The notes under the pieces are model-generated. The model made no database searches and was not told where the DNA came from. It saw nothing but the letters and a program-made list of their open reading frames with translations. Both the position numbers and the translations under genes were made by a program. A DNA stretch of 64,000 nt. Source: Octopus sinensis. Taxonomy: Eukaryota. Position 1 is the stretch's first letter, and the number at the start of each line of letters is the position of its first letter. The DNA is taken from positions 38,254,001-38,318,000 of the forward strand of contig NC_043002.1 in assembly GCF_006345805.1 (NCBI RefSeq), read 5' to 3'. Shown here piece by piece: positions 11,643 to 22,680 of this stretch.

Positions 11643-11674
<32 letters not shown>

Positions 11675-11683
11675 CATACATAC

Positions 11684-11777
<94 letters not shown>

Positions 11778-11778
11778 G
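11200..11778. repeat. compound (TA)/(CA)/(CT)/(GATA)n microsatellite block
   Basis: Directly visible. Confidence 0.97.
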
Positions 11779-12290
11779 GATAAAGGGTGAGAAGGAGTGT
11801 ATGTGTGTCTATGCTTTGTGTGTTTGTTTTTGTGTGTGAACTAGAGAAAAATCAAATACAAAGAATAAGAATTAGATAGAATGGCTGATCTTTAAAGCAC
11901 CATTCTAACTATATTGACATTTTGACCCAATTTCTGTGCAGCGCTTTATAAGTTTTCTCAGAATAAATCTGTATTAAGCTTTCTGTAGTGGGTCTGCTAT
12001 AGATTGTTCCACAGGGACACAGTATTTTTATGAATATCATTCTAAGAATGAGATTCTTTTCGTTTGGTCACTGGTCTAAAAAAAAAAAGTTTGTGAGTGG
12101 GGGGTTATTTTCTAGGATAGAATATGTTATATGTTGATAATTTGTTTCTCTGGAAATCAACGATAATGTGATTCATCGGTTATATCTTATACCAGTAATG
12201 CTGAGATAGAGAAACTAAGTTTAAATTGGCGATTTAAAGCTGGCTGTTATTTCTGTCGTTGTTTTGGTTAATACAATGTGGATCAAGAAT

Positions 12291-12586
12291 GACCAATCGA
12301 CAGTGGGTATACGTTATCGATGATAAAAAGATTGTTGTTACTTCAATTGCGTATAGAGGATTTTTATTCAGACGGTTAGCTGTTTGCCACATCGCTGAAC
12401 GTCGTATGCACTTCTTTCCTACGACAGAGACGACGAATTTCCGTCCGATCATGCGGCTGGCGGCGCTTATGCTCCATTGAAAAGGACCAAAAATGTCTAA
12501 GTGCATTTAGCCTTTTTGCTGGCTGCTGCCGGGAAGAATTTTCATTTTCCTTTGATATTTATTTTGATTTTCAACCCAGCAAATCC
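12291..12586 (+). promoter_or_regulatory. CpG-rich promoter / first-exon-like patch (candidate)
   Basis: About 17 CpGs counted in ~240 bp of otherwise AT-rich DNA; CCAAT at 12293; possible donor CC|GTAAGA at 12587; no similarity to other repeats in the window. Confidence 0.3.
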
Positions 12587-14019
12587 GTAAGAGATGTTAC
12601 TTCAGGATAAAATAAATACTCGAGTAATTGGCCTACCGACTGTGTCTACAGTGACTATGATACATAGATGGTTATATTAATTAAATACAGCTTCACTTGC
12701 GTATACAGGCTAGATTGTATATTTAGTTGTAAATGAAACTATTAGTGAAGTGAAATATCAAATAACCACAGTATCACTTTTGGTCAAGACAGGCAGGGGA
12801 GAGAATTCTAAAATTAAAATTAAAATTAATAAAACATAAAATGCAATGAAATATAAGTCTAAACATTACGAAACCAACTCTGGCTATATTTTGGTCCCAT
12901 ATTTTATTTCCGCTTAAGGTGACGAGCTAACAGAATCATTAGTATACTAAGCAAAAATGCTTAGCAGCATTTCGTCAGTTTTTACGTTCTGAGTTCTAAT
13001 TCCGTCTAAGTCGGCTTTGCCTTTCATCTTTTTGGAGCCAGGCACTCAGGTTAATCTAATCGACTTTGCTTCTCCCCCATCTTCCAGGCCTATGGTAGAA
13101 AAAAGTAAAAGGTAAAACAGAAAAAAACCTGCCGGGCAATTTGGGCACTCGGCGAATAGCGCACTCGGCGAATAACGCACTCAGAACCGTGCAAATCGAC
13201 CGAATATTCAGAAATGGGCATGCGACAACAGTTGCAAAAGCATGACTTCAAGGAGACGCTGCCCCGACACCGAAAAGGCAGCCCCTGTTTGAAGCCGCCG
13301 TCACCGCTTCACGCTCAAGGACCCACAGTTCAACTCCGAACGCACCGGCAAATAACAATAGCGCGAACCATCAAACATCCTATGATATCTAGCCACACCT
13401 AGATTAACTAAGTAGTAGAACGTTAAATATCTTGCTCATAAGCATACTACAAGGCTGGAAAGTGGTTGCATATCTGATATACTAAGGAATTGACTGTAAA
13501 ACAAATAATCAGTTTCCTAAGTGCCGTAGAGGGTTTTCTGTATAATGATGTATAGAATACGAGTGCAGAATTGAAAGTTGATGTTGATCATATTCATACG
13601 TCTAAAATTAAAAAAGAGGCTTATTTTCTATACTTTTTATTTATTCTTTAATAAAAAAAATACAAACATGTAAGTTTAAAGAAAACTATATTTTAGATAT
13701 ATAGATTTAATAGTCCATGGATCTATACTAATGCAATATAAATACTGCAACACATCTATTGAAGCTGGAAAGAATTTCTTTAAACTCAGTGCATAGAATA
13801 TCTAATTTCAATTTTTATCTGTGTTTAATATTGAAAAATAATTTCTAATCTTCCTGGAGAAGAAAAGGAGGAATTAACATTGCTACTGAGAAGAGGATGG
13901 AAGATATTTAGAATGAACTAGACACGCACTTGCAGACACGCAGATATATGCCCATACCCACACATGTAGTATATATATACACATATACGCATGATCATAT
14001 AGAGACGAAGACGGGTGTG

Positions 14020-14160
14020 TAAACAACAAACAGATGTATTGGTTTAACGCTCGGGAAGTGAGAAAGTCTTTTACATTTCGAGCCTACGTTCTTCAACAGA
14101 AAGGAAAACAGGAATAAGTAGAGAGAGAAAATAAAAATGTATAGTGGCTAGCTATCATAT
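14020..14160 (-). mobile_element. short repeat family D with variant hammerhead-like motif
   Basis: Homologous to 62540-62721 on the opposite strand. Minus strand CTTT-CTGTTGA-A-GAAC-GTAG-GCTC-GAAA-T-GT-A-AAAG at 14068-14103. Confidence 0.65.
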
Positions 14161-14215
14161 ATATATATACACATGCAAGCATGTCAGTATGTACGTATAT
14201 ATACATGTATACATA

Positions 14216-15010
14216 TTGGGCGAACCCTTAAATAATGCAGTTTTTTGTACTTCTTTTATTTCTCAAAATTAAGATAAACAATGTTCTTGTTTAATCTAAA
14301 ATATACTCTCCTTCATTTTCTACAATGCTCTTCCATCTATGTGGTAGACTTACAAGGCTCCTCTTCCAAAATTCACTTGTCCGTGGAGAAAAATATTCCT
14401 CCAATACTGTTCTGACCTTGCCTAGTGCTGACCTAAGCCGCTCAAACTTCTCTCAGTAGATCTTTGTTATTGTTTGGTTTGGGTTTAGAAGTTCAAAGTG
14501 GATTAAAACTGTCATATTCCACTAAACAGATAACAACACTTCATGTCGGTGAAGACCTTCGTTAGCCTGTGGTGCCGGTGTTTCTCCTTTCCCTACCCAC
14601 TGTCTTCGGCGCATGATATTTTTATAGAGAACCTATTTCTCCTCACCAGTCACTATTCGGTCAAAAAAAGGTTCGTTCTTGAAACGCGACAGTAAAGAAG
14701 AGCACATATTCACTCTCTGTGCGTAATTAGACTCGGAAAGTTTGTGAGGAACTCATTGACTCAATCTGCTGACTTTTCCAATGGCACGCAGGAATCGATG
14801 AATGTTTGAAGGAACAAATCCAAGCTTCTCAACAGTTACGATGGGATTTTGTTCCACCAAGGTTTGCAGGATACCCTCATCGAACTCTATAGATCGTCGA
14901 GGAGGAGGCTCGTCTTCTACGCTGTACTTTCCGACTCGGCTTACGCTTTTTGTCCGATCCCCATTTACTGCCTTAATATTCCAAGCACTTTCCGTTGCGT
15001 GTTGTCATTA
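14216..15010 (-). mobile_element. mariner transposon remnant (decayed transposase, one TIR)
   Basis: Minus frame YSVEDEP...SQ*VPHKLSE...FFDRIVTGEEK*VLYKN...FELL..NQTIT...HRWKSIVENEGEYILD*; the region that should hold the 2nd and 3rd catalytic Asp is deleted; TA-TTGGGCGAACCCTTAAATAATGC TIR at 14214. Confidence 0.9.
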
Positions 15011-15014
15011 TTGA

Positions 15015-15175
15015 ACTCCTTCCTTCTTTCTCTTTAGACTTTCCTGTTTTTCGTTTTTCCGAAGAAGAGCTATTCTCGAGACATAAAACAGCTACTCGTC
15101 ATATTAATACATTGCTTGTGCTACGTCCTCAGGTTCGTTTGCTTTTTTTTACTCTCTTTCTTTTAATTGACTATA
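15015..15175 (+). mobile_element. short repeat family E, degenerate, with CCGAAGA hammerhead-like motif
   Basis: TTT-CCGAAGA-A-GAG-CTATT-CTC-GAGA-C-AT-A-AAA at 15056-15088; downstream similarity to 40285-40470. Confidence 0.45.
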
Positions 15176-15179
15176 TATA

Positions 15180-15785
15180 TACACGGTGCGATGGGTAAAT
15201 TGTCATCATTTTTTAATTTCGTGCATGTGCATTGTTTGTTTTTGATTTTGTCGACTACACAGTATAGTAGGGTCAGTTCGGCACCATCTATGAGAAAAAC
15301 AGCACCATCACACAATTCATTCTGCCAGCAGTATGGAAACGACATGCTACAAGCTGTACTTCCTGGCATTATTGCCAGAAGCTCCATTAAGAAAATTTCA
15401 GAGTGTTTAGATGTCAATCTGAGGATAGTGCAATATGAGGACATGTTCCTAGGATGATAAAAAATCAAACATCCAGTCAACATCATGGTGTTTCGAGTGA
15501 TTGCTCGTGATGTCTCCATTCATCTTCCCACACGGCTTGAGACTCAGCACGAAGACCTGCATCAAGTGCCTGAAGGGGCAGTGCTGCCCTGGATCAAGAA
15601 GTGACAACTGAAAGACCCTGTGTTTGGCAACAGGGCTCTGCATCATATCACTCAAGCAGGAGAAACCAGTCATGGCTGTCAGACAATTTCTACGACCTTA
15701 ACTGTGTGGGGCGCAGTTGAGCGAGGGAGCAACAAAACGCCTTGTATCACCAAAGATGAACTGAAAGTAGGGATTATGCCAATAT
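15180..15785 (+). mobile_element. Tc1/mariner-superfamily transposon remnant
   Basis: TA-CACGGTGCGATGGGTAAATTGTC left end; frameshifted KHPVNIMVF, PFIFPHGLRL, VLPWI, RPCVWQQGSA, SWLSDNFYD, VWGAVERGSNKTPCITKDELK; right TIR absent. Confidence 0.85.
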
Positions 15786-17907
15786 ATCCCGTTATTTATG
15801 TCACCGCTCAAGCCTTGTCAAGTAGAGTTTCATCTCTACAAAGCCCTATTTTTAAAAGGACACCTAAAGACGAGATATAAATGTGGCTTAATTTCGAAAG
15901 CTTACGCATCTGAAGTTCAAGATGTATGTAAAGCAGCGATCTGAAGAGAGTAATTCTAATAATCTTCATATTACTGTGAAGTGCAATATTCTCGAATAAC
16001 GTATTGCATCTGTTTTTACATATTTAATAAATAACAAATATGCTATTTGATATTAAACTGGTTTTATTTTCAAACTAATGGAAGTTGACCTGGCATTGCA
16101 GTACGTTCAGAATTCAGCCCATAATTGGAAGAACAGAAGAGTAAGAGGACAGTACATACCAGATATGATGCTTTTATCTTGTCGTTTGATCTGCTAGGAA
16201 TGGCAACCAAATTTTTCCTTGCCATCTTAAAGATTAGATTCGCTGGATTATATAATTTTAGATTCAGTATATATGAAAATAATTTGGGATGATCATGGGA
16301 TGCTCATGGCTGGAACTATTTTGATCATGTATCCACATGCTCAGGGCCAAACTGAGTGTATATAATAAAAACAATTCGTTTAATCAAAAAATTGGTTTTT
16401 ATTGACACTTGTCTCATTTCACATCTATAATTAGCATAGCCAGACAAGGATTTGGGTTTGCTTCTTTTGTGGCTGTTGCACAGAGTCAGTCCTCATGAAG
16501 CAAAGCCGAAGCTCAAAGGTGTCAAAATCATATTATTTTTAAAATGCATTATTCAATAAGTCCTTCCAGTTTTAAGCCAGTATTGTGTAAACCAGAAGTA
16601 TATATTCAAAATCGGCACGTTACTCAGTAAATTAGCACAGCATCTCCTCATAAACAACACCAAAATTCGTAAAGCGTTTCATATATCAAAAGGCGGCCAA
16701 ATCGCAGGGTTGTTAGAGTGTGGAATGAAATACCTTGCAATACTTGTCCTAGTCCTTTACGTTCTGAATACGAATGACGCCGAGTTCAAATTTGCCTTTT
16801 ACCTTTATGTAAATTGGCGTAATCGTCAACGTGTTGTTAAAATGCTTTGCGATAATCCTTCCAATTTTCCACTCAGACATGTGCTAAATTTCCTTGTGTC
16901 TAATTGTCAAGATGTTACCTGTTAAAAATGTCTTAAAGGAAAGTAAATGAGGCGAAAGTTCTATGACAAGGATATATCATTTGTAAAAAACAATAAATAA
17001 ATAAAGCCAGTAGAGGATAGCAAAATGAGACGAAATAGTAGGAATTTATAGAGAATTAGGTTATTAGATTTCTGATTGTTACCGAGCGGGGTGGCATCAA
17101 TGTTAGGAATATAAAATAAAGAAACTAGAGCATTGTGTTTTAGACTAAATAAACCAGACAAACTGTTCCTATAGCTTATTATGCAATTTAGTCAAATATA
17201 CTTCAGGTGGAGGAAATGTAACGATAACCACATTTGTCTGAATCTGCATGCTATTTCTAGAGAAATATGAGACATAATATCGATGTGGATTTAAATAGAA
17301 TTCATGAGAAGAAATGTTACTTTTTTTGCTATTGATAAGGGGATAAAAAGGGAGGAAAAAGAAATACAAAATAATAAATAAATTAGTATGGGAAAAAGGT
17401 AAAAACACATGAAAGTGAGATAAAGAGCGAAACATATGGATGTGAGATAGATTGTGGAAAGACAGGAAGAGACAAAGAGAGGTAAATAGATTTAGAGAAA
17501 GACATAGAAAGACAGAGAAAGAGAGATGGAGGAAAGAGAGAGTTGAAATTTCAAAGTAGGAAAATAAAGAATTACGAAAAAAAAAAAAAAGAATAAAAAG
17601 AAAGAACAATCATACTTACGAGACAAGACGTCTCTAAAGGTTGGAATTTCTGATAGAAATAGCAGTTTAATTCCGCTCACATGACAATTTCACATCTTAA
17701 AAAAAGAAAGGATACATTTGGTAATGTTGTCAAAAAGACATTGTCTGGAACCACTCTCATAATAGCTCTGCTTGATAGGAGCTGGCCAATGGCTAAAGAG
17801 AAAGTAACCAATCAACAACAATAAGACAACACATGTACAGAGAAACCGACATATATTAACTTAACAACTTTGATCCGACACTAAATGTAGGTAATTAGTT
17901 ATTATTG

Positions 17908-18245
17908 ATTTCAAATTTGGTACAAGGTCAACCAGTTCGATGGAACAAGCAAATCGCTCACATCGACCCCAGTACTTGACTGTTTCTTATTTTTATCGAC
18001 TGCGAAAGAATGAAAGCAAAATCGACCTCTGCAGAATTTAAACTCAGAACGTAAAGACGGACGAACTGCTGCTAAGCATTCTGCCCGGCATGCTTACAAT
18101 TCTGCCAGCTTGCCGCATTAATATTCTTTTCTACTCTAGGCACAAGGCCTGACATTTTGGGGAAGAAGGCCAGTCGATTAGATCGCCCCTAGTACGCAAC
18201 TGGTACTTAATTTATCGACCCCGAAAGAATGAAAGGTAAAGTTGA
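17908..18245 (-). mobile_element. two adjacent degenerate tRNA-SINE copies (family C-related)
   Basis: ATCGACCCC...GAAAGAATGAAAG...AACTCAGAACGTAAAGACGGACG...GCTAAGCATT motifs shared with 8245-8821. Confidence 0.75.
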
Positions 18246-18519
18246 ATGTGTATTCGTATGTATATCTATACTAATGTATATATATATATGTGTAATTTTA
18301 TATGTGCGTTCGTTGCGCAAACTTTATGAAGTTTCGATTCCTGCTTGCTACTTGCTAACGTCTTTACGTATCACTCTATGTCCCTATCTTTTTCTCCCTT
18401 CTCTGGCTAGTTTTCTGCTTCTCTTTCTTGTTCGTCTTCTCCAGTGTTCTCTTCCTCCTCCTCATGCTTAATGTTTACTTTTTCTTTCGTCTGTAACAAT
18501 TGACTTGTATATGCACACA

Positions 18520-18878
18520 CAAGGAGATTTTATGCGAGAGAAACAAATGGAAAACAAGACAAGTAGTATAAAGAACGACCCTTCATCAGTTGTCGGCTGT
18601 CTATCTACTCCTCATTTCGAGCATTTAACAACAATATGAAACTTCGAAAGGCAGTTACTCCTGCGAACCAAAATAAAATTTGGTATGTGCGGAGGGTCAA
18701 AGTTGGTAACAAAAACAGGATAGAGGAGACATACAACAAAGCAATCGAAAACTAATACGGAAGTCGGTTAGGTCAGACGAGGCAATGTAGCGAACGCTAG
18801 AGGAATATCGTCTTTGACAAGAGAAAAAATAGAAGAGGAGACAGATGAGAATGCATTGGTAAATAAATTCAATGTTTA
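18520..18878 (-). mobile_element. dispersed repeat family F (homologous to 29845-30290)
   Basis: Shares the AAATTTTATT...GCGGA/GCAGGA...TTCGAA segment and a TGAWGAAGG hairpin block with 29845-30290 in opposite orientation. Confidence 0.5.
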
Positions 18879-20148
18879 CATATCAACAGATAAACATTTT
18901 ACTGGGTGCACCGACATACATCTATACATATAGATAATTAATCCTAACAAATATACATACACAAATATTGTTGTAGGCATATGGATATATACACAGTTAA
19001 AACAGTCGATTTTGCGTTCCCAAAACAGTATGTACCCATAAATATGTATTTGAATATGCAAAAATATATGGCTATACATGTGTGTATGTATGGTGCCAAT
19101 ACAATCTCTTTATGTAATCACCGAATTAAATATCTATATTCACTACTATTAACTTCAGTTCTATAATTTCCACTATATTCGCTTGTTTATTCTTTGGTTT
19201 AAAGAGAAAGTTTGCATCTTCCTCTCGTTTTTATTTGAGGCACCTTATTCTAAACTACGCTAAATAATGAATACGTGCAACCAAATTTACATTTCTCTAA
19301 GATCGTACATGTAGCTGTAACGTCTGGAGAAATTTTATCATCTTAGCTTGCATATTTATCTAATGAACTACAAATATCCTTTTTATGTGTCTTTACAAGT
19401 CAAAGGTCGTACAATTAGATTTCTTGAAATCCTCGTTTTCAAAGGCAGCCGTAATGTTATACGTAAAAATATATTTAAAAATCCTAACGTAATTTGAAAA
19501 ACGTACGCATCTTTTGTTGAAGATATATACCTTAAGATGAAAAGGCCACTTACTATGATCTGTGCGTGCGAGTGTGCATGTGAGTATCAGTGTAATAAAC
19601 TTTAGATATTGAATATCGCATTCAGTCTGATATAATCTTGCTTAATATTTCTAACTTAAACAAATCGCAATTTAGATACTTTATATTCTTATTTACAATT
19701 CTTTCATATGAGATTTAAATTTAACTGTATATAATAATCAATTTTTTTTATTGTCTGTTTTACTACTTATTTGTTTGACTAAATTAATTTCTTATACGAT
19801 TTCATCCTATATGTTTGCTTTGACATAAACATCTGCAACATACGCGACAGTTTGTTACTATAGAAACACATTTTGTCGCCTATGAACTTTCGATGTTATT
19901 TGTAAGATATACATTAAACATTTCCATTTATCGTAAGTATTTGTAAATTTATCTATTTATTTAGTATACATATAATCTTAAACAAAAATATCCACACACA
20001 TTTTATAGCTGTTTATTTAATATCTTTCTAAATATGAATATACATGTACATCCGATTAGTGTTGGCTATCGTAGAAACGTGTACCTGATACCATTTGTAA
20101 GTATTAATACTATATTGTTTTAGTTGAGCTAATCTCTTTCTGATCTGA

Positions 20149-20810
20149 TTTGTAGGCCCACATATAAGGAAACTCGTCAGGAATGACAATTTTGAAAACT
20201 CTTATAGTGATTCTGAAAAAGATGCATGGATAAGTTTTAAAGATGAGATAAAAAAATTTCTTTGGTAATCACAAGTAACCAAATTACAAAGACCTTGCTG
20301 GAAAAGTTTGAAGCCTTAAGATGTAAAATGAGCATTAAAGTCCATTTCCTACATACCCATTTGGATTTCTCTCTGGAAAATCTGGGGGATGTGAGTGGGG
20401 ATCAGGGGAAAAGTTTCTTCAAGACATAAAGGAGATGGAATGAAGATATCAGGAAATATGGAATGTCAGTATAATGGCCAACTACTGCTGGAGGTTGCAT
20501 TGTGAAAGAGTTCAAAGCGTGGTTCCCAAGTGAAAAAGAACAGATTTTGAAGTGCTGAGCCTAAAAGATGACTGGAACCCACATAAAAATATATTTTGTC
20601 ACTATTCAATTGCATTTGTGCCATTTTATTTGCTAAATAAATTAGCAAATTAAATGTTATTAGTTTCATTTTGACCTATCATACGTGGATTTACCTACAA
20701 ATTGTTATATATTTTATTATTAAATAGTGAGAAAACCCTAGGTTATCGGAAAGAGCTTTTTTTGATATTTCGAATTAGCATTCGCAAAAGAACATAAAGT
20801 AACATAATAC
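20149..20810 (+). mobile_element. DNA transposon transposase C-terminal remnant, probably Chapaev3 (CMC superfamily)
   Basis: FVGPHIRKLV...AWISFK...MSIKVHFLHTHLDFSLENLGDVS.DQG...QDIKEME*RYQEIWNVSIMANYCW. Family assignment is from recalled motif, not a search. Confidence 0.7.
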
Positions 20811-20923
20811 GAATTTCTGTCTCAAAAACAAAAAACATACACTCGCGCACACACTCATATATACACACATACATAAACACATACACATACAAGTATATGA
20901 ATACATGTAAGTATCCGTTTTAG

Positions 20924-20999
20924 ACAGTGAACGTGATCTTGTCTCTGAGAAGGATGGTTTCCGTAGCTCTCAAGAGCCTAGCAGCAGTCTAAATGAAGT
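20924..20999 (+). CDS. candidate 76-bp internal exon (SERDLVSEKDGFRSSQEPSSSLNE), unverified
   Basis: TATCCGTTTTAG| acceptor, |GTAAGT donor, one open frame. Confidence 0.25.
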
Positions 21000-21635
21000 G
21001 TAAGTACTTACTTAATCACTGAATTAAAGCTACATCGTCAGCTATGGTTAGCCTCTCCAGTGTTCACTCTTAAATACATTAAATGACTAAAATAAATGTA
21101 ATTTATAATTAGTAGGATTGCTTTCATGAAATAATTGAAATATATGACTTTAAGCATAAAATGTGCTTTCACATCCCTGGCATTAATTAATATGGGAATT
21201 TGAATGTGACGCTCTTTTGCGATTGCTCATTGGTAATACAAAGGTTAAGAAAAATAATAATCCTTGTAAATTCGTAGATATTACTAATCATTGCTTAAAT
21301 CGACTAATGACATGTATTGAACTCATTAGTCGAGTTTATTCTAAATCTCTTCTTTTATGTATTGATATTATACAGGAAAAACAATGAATATATCTATATA
21401 TACGCATGAACGTACATGCACACACATGCACACACATACACACACATAAATATCTTGGAAGGAAATAGGTATCATCAATGTTTAAAACGTTGTTTCTAGA
21501 AACAAAATACTGTCGTATGATGTATTTACATACTTAATATACAGTAAATATGCCTCGTACACATAATACACTAACAAGTTTGAACGCAACAAGTAGTATC
21601 CCGTATAGAAAAAATTGTAACGAGGGGTGTGTATT

Positions 21636-21866
<231 letters not shown>

Positions 21867-22480
21867 AATTATAATTTAGGGTATCTAAGAGATACCACCA
21901 CGCTGGAAATAGCAGCCAAAACTTGACTCTAAAACCACATGAAATGTTCATACAGGACCAGGAGACAAGACAAAGAGACAAAATAAACTAGCAAACAAAT
22001 TACTGGATAATTCCAAATCCTGGATTTCTGACTCTGCATAAGAAATGCTATTCCTTCATCAGTGGAATATACTCAAATATATATATATATATAAGATACG
22101 AATACTTACATATACGAATGTATACATACATATATATGCACGTATGCACACGACCAGTTTAAATTGTCCGTCTAAAACTCCTCGTGCGATATGGTCAAAA
22201 TACCACCGCAGTGAATATAATGACGAAATAAATTTTATCCTTATTTATATAAATCTAATATAGAAAGACAGATAAATAGATAGATAGGAGATGAAAATAT
22301 TTCTATTTATAAGTGTGTATGAAGGCACACAAACACACACATACACTCACATACATAGAAACTTCTAAATGACATAGAAACGACATGCAAAGAAGACGTC
22401 TTATGTGTGAAGATAGTGCATCTTCACAAATAAGACGTAAGACAACAATGGAGGTTTATAAGCCGAAAATTTCACTCTAA

Positions 22481-22680
22481 GGGCATAGTGTAGTGGATAA
22501 AGGCGTTGGTTAATGCAGTGCAGCCACCTAGAGGTTCTGAGTTCACTTCCAGGCAAGGCACTAAGGTGAACCACAAGACACCTGAAGAAGGCTGGAGTGT
22601 ACAACAGCTGAAACGTAGTGAAAGTCACAATCAAGATGAAGACAGCAGTCAAACTAATGTAAAATGTGTACAAATGGTCA
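22481..22680 (+). mobile_element. tRNA-headed SINE-like element with internal hammerhead motif (family G)
   Basis: A-box-like TAGTGTAGTGG (22486), B-box-like GAGTTCACTTCC (22539), then CAC-CTGAAGA-A-GGCTG-(10 nt)-CAGCT-GAAA-C-GT-A-GTG (22579-22620); homologous to 49261-49520. Confidence 0.7.
22579..22620 (+). ncRNA. minimal type I hammerhead motif with intact core
   Basis: CUGAAGA, 5-bp stem II, GAAA, palindromic ACGU stem III, GUA triplet, 3-bp stem I CAC/GUG. Confidence 0.7.

Noticed and set aside
18570-18600. Hammerhead in family F (CTGATGAAGGG; also TTGAAGAAGG at ~30125)
   Set aside because: A stem II-like hairpin is present, but no copy has a GAAA or cleavage triplet.
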